A stretch of DNA of 64,000 bases, from contig CAXXXF010000014.1 in NCBI GenBank assembly GCA_963667175.2, positions 96,001 through 160,000 on the forward strand, in the 5' to 3' direction. Numbering within the stretch: position 1 is the first letter of the stretch; every line of letters starts with the position of its first letter. Source of the DNA: Candidatus Latescibacterota bacterium (GTDB taxonomy: Bacteria; Latescibacterota; UBA2968; GCA-2709665). The notes below the pieces were generated by a model. That model was not told the DNA's origin and made no database searches. It was given only the letters and a program-made list of their open reading frames with translations. The position numbers were made by a program, and so were the translations under genes. Shown here piece after piece: positions 19,887 to 28,654 of this stretch.

Positions 19887-19993
19887 GGGCAAGTGATATT
19901 TTTATCGGTATCCTTTGATCCTCTTTGCCTGCAGCAGGCAGGCCGATATGGCTGATGGGAGTTGCTCCATCGCTTTACATTACGGGTACGCTG
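19887..19993 (-). mobile_element. Inverted, internally deleted remnant of an IS256 right end
   Basis: Reverse strand resembles the transposase 3' region (AATGTAAAGCGATGGAGCAACTCCCATCAGCCATATCGG...ATCAAAGGATACCG) and the IR end TAAAAATATCACTTGCCC. Confidence 0.75.
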
Positions 19994-20085
19994 TGGGTCC
20001 TGCCATGATTCTGGACTTGGAGAGGAATTGCATTGCCATGGTTCAGTTACTCTATCAACTTGGTCAATTCAAGTCAAGGTCAGGC

Positions 20086-20113
20086 TTGACAAGCCCCAGC
20101 GATCTGTTAGATT
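20086..20113 (+). promoter_or_regulatory. Sigma70-like promoter of the small TM/coiled-coil gene
   Basis: TTGACA-16-TAGATT with an extended -10 TG. Confidence 0.5.
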
Positions 20114-20979
20114 TCTACTGTATCACAGCTACCTGCAAGTAGCCAATATGAGTATATCCAATGAATGCAAGTAACGGTAAATTCTGGAGCGCCGAAACCA
20201 CCAGAATCATCGTGGCCGTCCTGGCGTTGGCAACATCCAATTTCATCGCTACCTTTGGAATTGTGTATTATATGACAAGCGATCTGGAACGGCGTATGGA
20301 TAGGCGATTCGACAGAATCGAAGTTCGCCTGGACAGAATTGACTCTCGATTGGATTCCTTCGGTGAACGCATCGCCGCGAACGAAGCGAGGCTGAACGCC
20401 AAAGATTAAGAATCCGCCGCACCACGACATTTCGTCAACAGCCCGCCTGCCAGTATGCCAATTGGCAGGCTTTGTTATGCTGACCCCCTTGTGCCAACAT
20501 TCAGTGAGAACACGCACCCTCCGAGTCCAATGTAAAATATCACGGTGGCTTGGCCCCCGGTTCTGGGTCCAGGGTGTTTTCGTGCCGCCCTGCGAGGTCG
20601 ATTTCTCCTCCTGCTCCATCTCCCATAGATCGTCCGCTTTGTCCAGCCCGTCCAGGGAATCCATCATCGCAGCGTTCGCTTCCTCCTCGAAATGCTCTGC
20701 TCGTTCTCGATCACCGGCCTTCCATTTCTCTGCCGCGGCCTCCCAGGCTTTGGCTGCTCCTTTCGCCGCAATACATCCCCTCGCAAGGGCGCCCTGAGCC
20801 TCCGACTCTGCAGACCGCCTGGTGAAATTGCCTTCCCGCTTCGAATAATCGACGGCCGCCTTCTCGGCAATCTCCCGCCACGTGGCCGCTTCCGCCCTTG
20901 CCTTCTTCGCCGCCGCATCGTTAACTGCCACACGTCTCCGGCCCTGTTCGTTACGGGGTTTGTTTTTCTTGTCCGCCAT
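20107..20979 (-). CDS. Hypothetical Ala/Glu/Lys-rich helical protein (3' end uncertain)
   Basis: ATG 20979 with GGAG; the 3' third runs antisense over the 20161 gene and is doubtful. Confidence 0.4.
   Translation of the reverse strand: MADKKNKPRNEQGRRRVAVNDAAAKKARAEAATWREIAEKAAVDYSKREGNFTRRSAESEAQGALARGCIAAKGAAKAWEAAAEKWKAGDRERAEHFEEEANAAMMDSLDGLDKADDLWEMEQEEKSTSQGGTKTPWTQNRGPSHRDILHWTRRVRVLTECWHKGVSITKPANWHTGRRAVDEMSWCGGFLIFGVQPRFVRGDAFTEGIQSRVNSVQANFDSVESPIHTPFQIACHIIHNSKGSDEIGCCQRQDGHDDSGGFGAPEFTVTCIHWIYSYWLLAGSCDTVEI
20161..20409 (+). CDS. Small TM plus heptad coiled-coil protein (paralog of 48394-48630)
   Basis: TM helix, then RFDRIEVRLDRIDSRLDSFGERIAANEARL. Confidence 0.75.
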   Translation: MNASNGKFWSAETTRIIVAVLALATSNFIATFGIVYYMTSDLERRMDRRFDRIEVRLDRIDSRLDSFGERIAANEARLNAKD

Positions 20980-21199
20980 GACGCGTCTCCACGTGTTTAG
21001 AACGCTCGGTCCCGGTCTGTTTATCTGTAGTGGATAGAGCAGTGATCGCTCCATACAATATGAATCAATCCATTTCAAGCGAGGAATGGAAAGTAACGTC
21101 CCCAAGGAGCGACTCCCATGTTTTCTCTCCGACTTCCTTGCCCCCGACGACGGCGCTTGATTGGCCCACCCGAAATGCGCGGTTGAGCTTTCCTGTCGG

Positions 21200-21718
21200 T
21201 CACCCATCCTTGTTGAATGTCAGGGCAAAATCAGGACTGTAGTTTATGACATAACCGTTTGGCTTTCCTAAAAAGGGAACCACACGCGGTAGGGCTTCTC
21301 GTGCCTGTTTCTCGTACGATTCAGGAGTCGACCCGTCCTTGAACGTAATAATCCGATGACGGGATCCGCCGGTCATCGCGTAAAACGTGATCTGACTCGG
21401 TGCGTTTTGCTCCGTCAGAATCACCGCGTGAGGCTTGAAGGTTGCACGATAGGCCTGATCTTCGGCTTCATTCAGTTCCGCGCGGGTGACCTCAATTGAC
21501 TCGTCAATCACGTTGACTTCCACCTCAAGCCACTCTGCAAGCTCGACCCGGAGGTTCTCCGCGAATTCAACCCGACCACCATAGATCTGGTCGATTCGAC
21601 GACAACCTTTTGCGAGATTGGCATATCCCATTCGCCGGACAAGCTTACCGCGGGCGATACCGAGATCCTGCATCCGTTGGCGGATTAAACGCGCTATTGA
21701 AAAATCCCTTCGAGTCAT
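21200..21718 (-). CDS. Hypothetical protein with XRE-like HTH N-terminus
   Basis: LIRQRMQDLGIARGKLVRRMGY; GGGAGG RBS; AT-rich upstream region. Confidence 0.65.
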   Translation of the reverse strand: MTRRDFSIARLIRQRMQDLGIARGKLVRRMGYANLAKGCRRIDQIYGGRVEFAENLRVELAEWLEVEVNVIDESIEVTRAELNEAEDQAYRATFKPHAVILTEQNAPSQITFYAMTGGSRHRIITFKDGSTPESYEKQAREALPRVVPFLGKPNGYVINYSPDFALTFNKDG

Positions 21719-21895
21719 CTTTCCTCCCGGACCGATTCTGCGGAGAAAGTCGAGCCGCAGACGCCCTTTTCCTGAGTCTTCCTCTAATCTTCCTTCTTTA
21801 TAATATACTGTTAATTATATTTTTATTTCGATACGTACATTGTTCGGCTCAAATGCTTAAACGCTGTCACCGGATGAGTCAGTCGCAACCAGCCA

Positions 21896-24676
21896 TCAGA
21901 AGCCAAGGGGTGCGACGCCGGGTTTGTGGCGGCATTCCTCGGCGAGTGCGCGGCCGATGCGCACCGGGTCATTGAGAAAATTCATGATCTTCGCACGCTC
22001 GCGGACGTTCGCGAAGTCCGCGGGCGTGAGTTTTTCGAGTGCGAGTGCCTCCAGGGGCGTTTCACAACCGAAAAAGAGCCTGAACGCCCGTTCGACGCGT
22101 TCCCGGTCCATGTAGAAAAACTCGACCCTGAACATGAAGCGGCGGGCGGCCGCCGGATCGAGCGCTTCCCGCCGATTCGTCGTGCAGGCGAAGGGAAGCG
22201 GGTGCCGCTCCATCTGGCTGAGCATTTCGTTGACCATGCTGGTTTCCCACGACCGCACGGCGTGCTCCCGGTCCATCAGGAGGGAGTCGGCCTCGTCGAA
22301 CACAAGGAATGAACCAGTCTCTACGGCTTCCGTAAAGGCCGCTGCCATCTGCTGTTCGGTTTCCCCCACCCACTTGCTCAACAGATCCGAAGCTCGTTTC
22401 GGCAACAGTTCCATCCCCATTCGTTCGGCAATGTGGCGCACAAAGGCCGTCTTCCCGGTTCCGGGCGGGCCGTACAGACAGAGCGCGAAACGCTTCGCGC
22501 CGATTTCAACCATCCGTGCGGTCAATGCTTCCAGACTCGTATCCGCGTTGACCAGTGTCGGATCGTAATTCCAAATAGGTTCGCCTTTGGAAGGACGGAC
22601 GCCGTAACGCAGTTTCACTTTCTGTTCAACATTCCGCCGGATGACATCCGCGTTCCCCGCGATCATAGCCGCCTGATGCGTGGCCAGATCCAGGTGCCTG
22701 GGGGTCACTTTGTCGTCGTGCGCCAGTTCCGTCGCAAGTCGCCGCGCTTCCGGATCAGTCACCTGTGCATTGGTGAGGATACCGGAGAACACACGCTTCC
22801 TCGCGCCGACGGACATGCGGCGGAATTCGATCGCGTGCATCATCCGGTCGATGAAGAACGGCTGAATCATCCGGTAGAAGCCAATCGAGTTGCACGCCCA
22901 GATGATGGGCACCGGATTTTCTTCGACGATGCGATTCAGCCAGTGTTTCTCCACGCTGTCGAAGTCCTCCATTTCATCGAAGAAAATCACCGAGTCGGGC
23001 TCGTCGGCCAGCGATTCGAGCGCATAATCGAGTGTTTTTGTGCGTGAAACTGAAAGACGCTCCCGGGATCCGACCTCATTGTTGCCGATCGCGTACATCC
23101 GTGCGCCCGCCTCGCCGCAGAGCGTGCGCGCAAATTCGGTTTTTCCGGTTCCTGGGGGTCCGTACAGGAGCATATTGATGCCCTTTTTCTTTGCATCCAT
23201 CGCCGCCGCGAGGGTCTGTCTTACGTCTTCGGCGACCGGCCCCAGATGCGCAAAAGCCGTCCACGGCAGGGCAGCCCGTACCGGCGCCCCCAGTCGTGGG
23301 CGCGCTCTATTGGCGGCGATTGTGAGCTCGGACCGTTCGCAGAGATTGTAAAGGTCCGATTCCGTTCCGCCCACAAGGCAGGTCGTTTCAATGGCCTTCG
23401 CCAGGATGCCCGGCGGACATTCGAGACGATCCACAAGTCGTCTGGCACATTTGGTAGCGTCGATACCCTCGATGCCGCTTTCGGCCAGCATTCGTCCTAG
23501 AATAGCAGCCTGACGCGTCGGGCCGTGGGCAGTGAACCTGACAACCATCGTGAAGCGTCGGAGCATGCTCTCGTCCAGATCTTTCAGACTGTTCGCGGTG
23601 TATATCACCGGAACGGGATTCTCCTCCATCAGCCGGTGGTTGGCGAGGCGGGAGCCGCTGGTGGATTCCAGCGCGTCCTCTGCCTCGTCACACAGAATCG
23701 CGGCTTCGGGCATGGTCTGAAGCAGTGTTTGCGCCATGCGCAGTTCATTGCGCCGGTCGGCGCGCCTGTCGTTATCGGTATCACAGGATTCCTCGTATCC
23801 ACGTCGCAATTCGCCAACCGGGAAAAGTGTCATACCCGAGGCGGCTGCGACAGTTTTGGCAAATTCCGTTTTTCCCGTTCCGGCCCTGCCCCAAAGCAGG
23901 ATGTTGACGCCCTGCGCATCTAAACCCTCGGTACGGTAATTCTTCGTTGCACGCAGAAACCGGAGAGTGTCGTCGCGTTCGCCCACGTGCGCAAAGTCGT
24001 CCAGACACAATGTGGCTTGCAATGGGTCACCGACCAAACGCGCCGTCAACTCGCCCATTTCGCGCACCGGCGGCTGCCAGACTTCCCACATGAAGTCGTT
24101 GATCAGGTCATCGGGGTCGTGGTGGCCGCGCACCCGGGTGGCGACTTCCCAATCGGCGATGCCCACGTCCGCCAGTTCCCGTAGGCCGCGCTCGATCTCG
24201 AGTCGAGGGCGCCTCGGGATAAGCGTCATTGTCTCGACGGGATTGTTACACGAGCGAGCGATGCCATCCCAAATGTCTTTGGCCAGAGTACAGTGGGTGT
24301 AACAGTGTGCGAGTTCAAGCAGCGCGGCGGCCGCCGGCCCCAGCGAGAAGCGATCGACGACAAGACGGGTTGCGGTTGCGTCGCGGCTGAATTCGGGAGG
24401 GCGGCTTGTCTTTTGCTCGAGGACTTGAAATGCTATTTTCAGGTTGACTTTGAGACTCTCCGATGGCACGTCTGCAAATTGCGGGTCGTCCAACAACTCT
24501 TGAAACAGTTCCGAATTATCGATCCAGGATTCGAAATCAGACCGAATGCGTCGACTGAACTGAGCTGCGTGCAATACATTCACCATGTATCTGCGCGCAA
24601 GATACAACGTGTACTCTCCGAACACCGGAGGATGTTTGCTTTCCGAAAACAGATCGTCGATATTTCGTTTGCCCAT
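21896..24676 (-). CDS. AAA+ ATPase with three tandem AAA modules
   Basis: Walker A GRAGTGKT, GPPGTGKT, GPPGTGKT, paired with Walker B ILCDEAED, FFDEMED, VFDEADS; GGGAG upstream of ATG 24676. Confidence 0.9.
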   Translation of the reverse strand: MGKRNIDDLFSESKHPPVFGEYTLYLARRYMVNVLHAAQFSRRIRSDFESWIDNSELFQELLDDPQFADVPSESLKVNLKIAFQVLEQKTSRPPEFSRDATATRLVVDRFSLGPAAAALLELAHCYTHCTLAKDIWDGIARSCNNPVETMTLIPRRPRLEIERGLRELADVGIADWEVATRVRGHHDPDDLINDFMWEVWQPPVREMGELTARLVGDPLQATLCLDDFAHVGERDDTLRFLRATKNYRTEGLDAQGVNILLWGRAGTGKTEFAKTVAAASGMTLFPVGELRRGYEESCDTDNDRRADRRNELRMAQTLLQTMPEAAILCDEAEDALESTSGSRLANHRLMEENPVPVIYTANSLKDLDESMLRRFTMVVRFTAHGPTRQAAILGRMLAESGIEGIDATKCARRLVDRLECPPGILAKAIETTCLVGGTESDLYNLCERSELTIAANRARPRLGAPVRAALPWTAFAHLGPVAEDVRQTLAAAMDAKKKGINMLLYGPPGTGKTEFARTLCGEAGARMYAIGNNEVGSRERLSVSRTKTLDYALESLADEPDSVIFFDEMEDFDSVEKHWLNRIVEENPVPIIWACNSIGFYRMIQPFFIDRMMHAIEFRRMSVGARKRVFSGILTNAQVTDPEARRLATELAHDDKVTPRHLDLATHQAAMIAGNADVIRRNVEQKVKLRYGVRPSKGEPIWNYDPTLVNADTSLEALTARMVEIGAKRFALCLYGPPGTGKTAFVRHIAERMGMELLPKRASDLLSKWVGETEQQMAAAFTEAVETGSFLVFDEADSLLMDREHAVRSWETSMVNEMLSQMERHPLPFACTTNRREALDPAAARRFMFRVEFFYMDRERVERAFRLFFGCETPLEALALEKLTPADFANVRERAKIMNFLNDPVRIGRALAEECRHKPGVAPLGF

Positions 24677-24791
24677 AGCCGGCACTCCCTTCCGCTACTC
24701 GCATTTTCGCCCGCGGCGTTCACCGGATTCGCCGTTCCATTTCCGATGGCCGAAACACAAAAAGAGGCGCGTTCGCGATTGAACACGCCTC

Positions 24792-24826
24792 AAGCTAAAC
24801 AGGATATGCGACGAACCGCGTCGTAT
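24792..24826 (-). promoter_or_regulatory. WYL (DriD-type) box plus -10 element upstream of the triple-AAA gene
   Basis: Minus strand ATACGAC-GCGGTTC-GTCGCAT (24826-24806), then 8 nt, then TAGCTT. Confidence 0.7.
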
Positions 24827-24830
24827 GTCG

Positions 24831-25793
24831 TCAGGTTTTTTTGTAAAATCCCAGATTTTTTTCAAGTTCCTCCGAGATTTCCGCACGAAGCGAGGCCGGT
24901 TTCAGAACTTCGGCGCTGGCGCCGTGGCTCAGAATCCACGCCTTGATCTCATAGAGGCCACCTGCGCGAAAGTGAAGAATGATTCCTTCGTCTTCCAATT
25001 CCTCGATCTCCTGCGACGGGTGCCAGATCCGTTGTCTGATATACGGCGCCTGGGATGCCGAGAAGCGGACGCTAACGTCGATCGGCGCTTCAAGAACGAC
25101 ACCGAATGCCTGATTGAGCTGTTCCTCGATTCCTGAATCTTCGGACGCGTCGAACGACCGGGACGTAATCCGGATATCCTGAATCCGCTCCGCGGCGAGG
25201 GTCAGCAGATTTCCGTATTTCGGATTGCAGCATAGCAGATACACGCCATCGTAATGGTACAGAAACCTGAACGGCAGCACAGGATAGGTCTTGCTTTCAC
25301 CGGTACTCATAGCGCGGTAGGTCACGTTGCAGACTATTCGCTCCGTGATTGCTTCTTGCGCGATTTGAAATACCTGAGGGGTAACTTGAGCCTTCTGTCC
25401 GCGAATATGTGGATGATAGGCCGCCTGTTCCAGGAATGCGCGCATTTTCTCCGGCAGCGTTGTCCGGATCCTGTTCAGGCTTTTCTGATATTCGGTCTTA
25501 AAGGGCGATTCCTCGAGGATTCCAGTGATGTAGGTCAGAGCGATCAGCTCTCCGACCGGGAAATTCAGAGGCGAAACGCTGCTATCGCCCAGGAGTTTCC
25601 AGGTGTTCTGGCGGCCCCGTTTTTCCGTAGTCAGTGGAAATCCGGCGTCGTCAAGGTCGCGCAGGTCGCGCTCAATCGTCCTCCGCGATACCTCGAAATG
25701 CTTCTCAAGATCGTGGATCGTCGCGCCAAATCTGCGCGATGCGAGTTCTCGCAGCATATCCAGCTGACGAACGATCTGTCTCTTGTCTGCCAT
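24831..25793 (-). CDS. HTH-WYL-WCX transcriptional regulator
   Basis: wHTH FEVSRRTIERDLRDL; WYL region PFRF...GVYL...ERI; WCX region WILSHGASAEVLKPASLR. Confidence 0.9.
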   Translation of the reverse strand: MADKRQIVRQLDMLRELASRRFGATIHDLEKHFEVSRRTIERDLRDLDDAGFPLTTEKRGRQNTWKLLGDSSVSPLNFPVGELIALTYITGILEESPFKTEYQKSLNRIRTTLPEKMRAFLEQAAYHPHIRGQKAQVTPQVFQIAQEAITERIVCNVTYRAMSTGESKTYPVLPFRFLYHYDGVYLLCCNPKYGNLLTLAAERIQDIRITSRSFDASEDSGIEEQLNQAFGVVLEAPIDVSVRFSASQAPYIRQRIWHPSQEIEELEDEGIILHFRAGGLYEIKAWILSHGASAEVLKPASLRAEISEELEKNLGFYKKT

Positions 25794-25901
25794 CGTTTCA
25801 CCGGATTCCCGATGCGACTCTGGTTTGAACCGAAAGCCGTCTCGTATCTTCTCACCAATTGCCGTGACGTGATTCCTGGACGCACGCGTCCGGACCCGCC
25901 A

Positions 25902-25933
25902 CAAAAAAAGGCGATCCCGCTCAGAATCGCCTC
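25902..25933 (-). terminator. Rho-independent terminator after dksA
   Basis: AGGCGAT/ATCGCCT stem followed by a T run on the minus strand. Confidence 0.7.
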
Positions 25934-25956
25934 TCTTGCTCCCATCTCGCTCCACC

Positions 25957-26391
25957 TCAGGTATCTTCGTCTCCGCTCATCGGCAGGTCTTCAGCCGAGA
26001 TGACTCGCCGCCTCGGGCGGTCGACATTCTGAGGATTTCGCTCTCGCTCCTGCTGGACCTGCATGGTATAACGGGCCGTGGGAATCGCTTCCAGCCTGAG
26101 CTCGCCGATCATCTCCCCCGACACTTCGCAGATGCCGTAGGTTTCGTTTTCGATCTTGCCCAGCGCATGGTCGATCTCGGCCAGCTCGCGCCGTTCGTTG
26201 TTGCCCAGGGTCGCCATCAACTCCAGGGAAATCGCGTTCCCGGCCATGTCGAACGGATCCGCGGAACGGTCCTTTCTGAGTTCGTCAATGTCGGCATCTT
26301 CCAGGCTGGTTTGTTTCAACAGGTCTTTCTTCCGATCCAGCAGCAACTTCTGGTAAAACGCCAGCTTTTCAGGTGTCAGTTTCTCGGGCAT
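25957..26391 (-). CDS. dksA: DksA/TraR-family RNA polymerase regulator
   Basis: DPFDMA coiled-coil tip (DxxDxA); IDHALGKIENETYGIC...RLEAIPTA. Confidence 0.85.
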   Translation of the reverse strand: MPEKLTPEKLAFYQKLLLDRKKDLLKQTSLEDADIDELRKDRSADPFDMAGNAISLELMATLGNNERRELAEIDHALGKIENETYGICEVSGEMIGELRLEAIPTARYTMQVQQERERNPQNVDRPRRRVISAEDLPMSGDEDT

Positions 26392-26702
26392 ATCACCTTC
26401 GACCTCCGCGGCGCCAGACCCTTCTCATGGAACCTGCATCCCCATCGACACCGCGCAAAGATGTCGATAGATTTCTCCCGAAAATGTTCAGATCTCTACT
26501 GGCGCCGGACCCCGATCCCGCTACCGGAGCGTGCCTCATCGGAATTTTCGGACGAAAATTTATCGTTCCGAATATCGAAAGTCAAGCCCCAAATTTGAAA
26601 AAAAACACCCTCATTTCCTGCCAGTGGGAAAAACGCCGGCCGATACTTCCCGTGGAGTCGGAATCCGTTGCAATGAGCGGCGGTATCACACAGAGGAAGT
26701 CG

Positions 26703-27377
26703 TCAGGCCCGGCCCTGTGACGGGCACAACGCGCCCACACCGCATGCGTCGCAATCCGGCGACCGGGCGCTGCAGATCGCCCGTCCGTGATGAATAAACA
26801 GATGCGGCAGATCCACCCAGTCTTTCTTTGGGACCAGCCCGATCAGGTCCTGTTCGATTTTGACAGGGTCCTGCCTGCGGGTAAGGCCCAGACGATTGGA
26901 AATCCGGCGCACGTGCGTATCCACCACCACGCCTTCTGCAATACCGAATGCGTTGCCGAGAACGACGTTGGCGGTCTTTCTTCCAACGCCGTCGAGAGCC
27001 ACCAGTTCATCCAGAGTCCGTGGCACCTCGCCGCCGTGGTTTTCCAGCAGCGCCCGGCAGCACCCCTGGATGTTGCGCGCCTTGTTGCGAAAAAAACCCG
27101 TCGAGCGGATGAGATCCTCCAATTCTTCAAGGGGCGCATCGGCATAATCCGCGGCCGTCGGACACCGCTCGAAGAGACCGGGCGTCACCCTATTGACGCG
27201 TTCGTCGGTACACTGTGCCGAGAGCATCGTGGCGATCAGCAACTGGAGCGGATTCTCGTAAGACAGCGAACACTCGGCGTCAGGATAGACGCCCCTTAAC
27301 TTTCCGATGATCGCCCGCGTCCTCGACCGCCTCGCAACCAGATCTTCGTCCGGCTCCATCGTATCGGAATTCCTCAT
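26703..27377 (-). CDS. nth: Endonuclease III
   Basis: LSAQCTD, GVGRKTANVV, VVDTHV and C-terminal 4Fe-4S Cys motif. Confidence 0.92.
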   Translation of the reverse strand: MRNSDTMEPDEDLVARRSRTRAIIGKLRGVYPDAECSLSYENPLQLLIATMLSAQCTDERVNRVTPGLFERCPTAADYADAPLEELEDLIRSTGFFRNKARNIQGCCRALLENHGGEVPRTLDELVALDGVGRKTANVVLGNAFGIAEGVVVDTHVRRISNRLGLTRRQDPVKIEQDLIGLVPKKDWVDLPHLFIHHGRAICSARSPDCDACGVGALCPSQGRA

Positions 27378-27388
27378 CTGCTCCGCGG

Positions 27389-28177
27389 CTACCACGGCCG
27401 CACCGCGGGGACTGGCTGTTCGAGGCCGTCCGCGCGAACGTTCTCGCCATTCACCCAGCGGGCGCGGTCCGACGCCAGAAACACGACCACGTCGGCGACG
27501 TCTTCCGGAGATCCGAGGCCGCCCATGGGAAATCCGTCTCTCTCGTAAGCGGCGAACACTTCCGGTTTTTCCTGACGCAACCCGTCCCACCCGCCGCCTT
27601 CGAAAATGATCGACCCCGGCGATACCACGTTTACGCGGATGCGGTCGTGCACCAGCTCGAGCGCCATGGGTTCGGCCATGAAAATCTGGGCGGCTTTGGA
27701 CGCGCCGTACTGAACCGCGCCGCTCAGCTGCGGTATCCATCCCGAGATGGACGAAATGAACACCACCGAACCGCCGCCTCGCGCTCGCATGTGAGGGACC
27801 ACGAGCCGGGTCAGCCGCACGCCGTGGAACACGTTTTTGTCGAAGGTCTCCACCCAATCCTCGTCGGTCGAATCCATCAGCCTGTCGCCGGACCGGCCGC
27901 CCACGTTATTGATGAGGACGTCGATTCCGCCAAGCCGTGCAGCGGATTCCTCCACAAACCGCTCAGCGTCGTCAGGGTCCTGCACGTCCGCCTGGATGGC
28001 GGAAACGCGAACGCCCAGCGCTTCGATTTTCGCCGCTGCCTCTTCCAACGTCTCCTCCCGCCGCGCGCAGATCGCGACGTCGCATCCCTCCGTCGCCAGT
28101 CCCATCGCCGTCGCGAGACCGATCCCGCGGTTCCCACCCGTCACCAGCGCGACTTTTCCCTTCAGATTCATATCCAT
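27389..28177 (-). CDS. SDR-family oxidoreductase
   Basis: TGGNRGIG, NNVG, YGASK. Confidence 0.92.
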   Translation of the reverse strand: MDMNLKGKVALVTGGNRGIGLATAMGLATEGCDVAICARREETLEEAAAKIEALGVRVSAIQADVQDPDDAERFVEESAARLGGIDVLINNVGGRSGDRLMDSTDEDWVETFDKNVFHGVRLTRLVVPHMRARGGGSVVFISSISGWIPQLSGAVQYGASKAAQIFMAEPMALELVHDRIRVNVVSPGSIIFEGGGWDGLRQEKPEVFAAYERDGFPMGGLGSPEDVADVVVFLASDRARWVNGENVRADGLEQPVPAVRPW

Positions 28178-28474
28178 GAAGACCTCCATTCAATTATCTA
28201 TTTTACCGTAGACTCTTCCCCACCCCACAAAATCCCGTATTCCCTTTCAAGAGGCGGTGAGACGGGAAAGAGAAGAAGGAATACGGGTTGGTCATCCTGC
28301 GGCTTATCCATTGTGTCCTGACAGGTCGCCTGTCGGCGGACAACCCACTCAAAATTGCTTTCGTGCAGGAGACAGGCCTTCGCGAATTGACGAATTGACA
28401 AAGCCAGACAATATGGATATCCAGTGGACACCGGGTGATCGTCTCCCCTCTCCCGTCTTACGTTTCACCACTCT

Positions 28475-28624
28475 CCCGGGAGCGAGGGCACCTGCCTGCG
28501 CCTGCCTGTCCCGTTGGAGCGGCAGACAGGCCGAGACCTGCTCGGCAGGCAGGTCCTGCCCTCGCAGCACGGCCGTGGTAGTTGTAGGGGCGACTCTCAG
28601 AGTCGCCCACATATTGGTGCGGAT
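28475..28624 (+). repeat. 150-bp palindrome-rich direct repeat, copy 1
   Basis: Colinear with 31763-31912; contains nested CCTGCCTG...CAGGCAGG and GTAGGGGCGACTCTCAGAGTCGCCC. Confidence 0.85.
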
Positions 28625-28654
28625 ATCGCCAATTGACGTCGCAATACCGTCGCG

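Noticed and set aside
21896-24676. IetAS-type or CBASS Cap6-type AAA system
   Set aside because: No S8 protease, HORMA or cyclase gene is adjacent.
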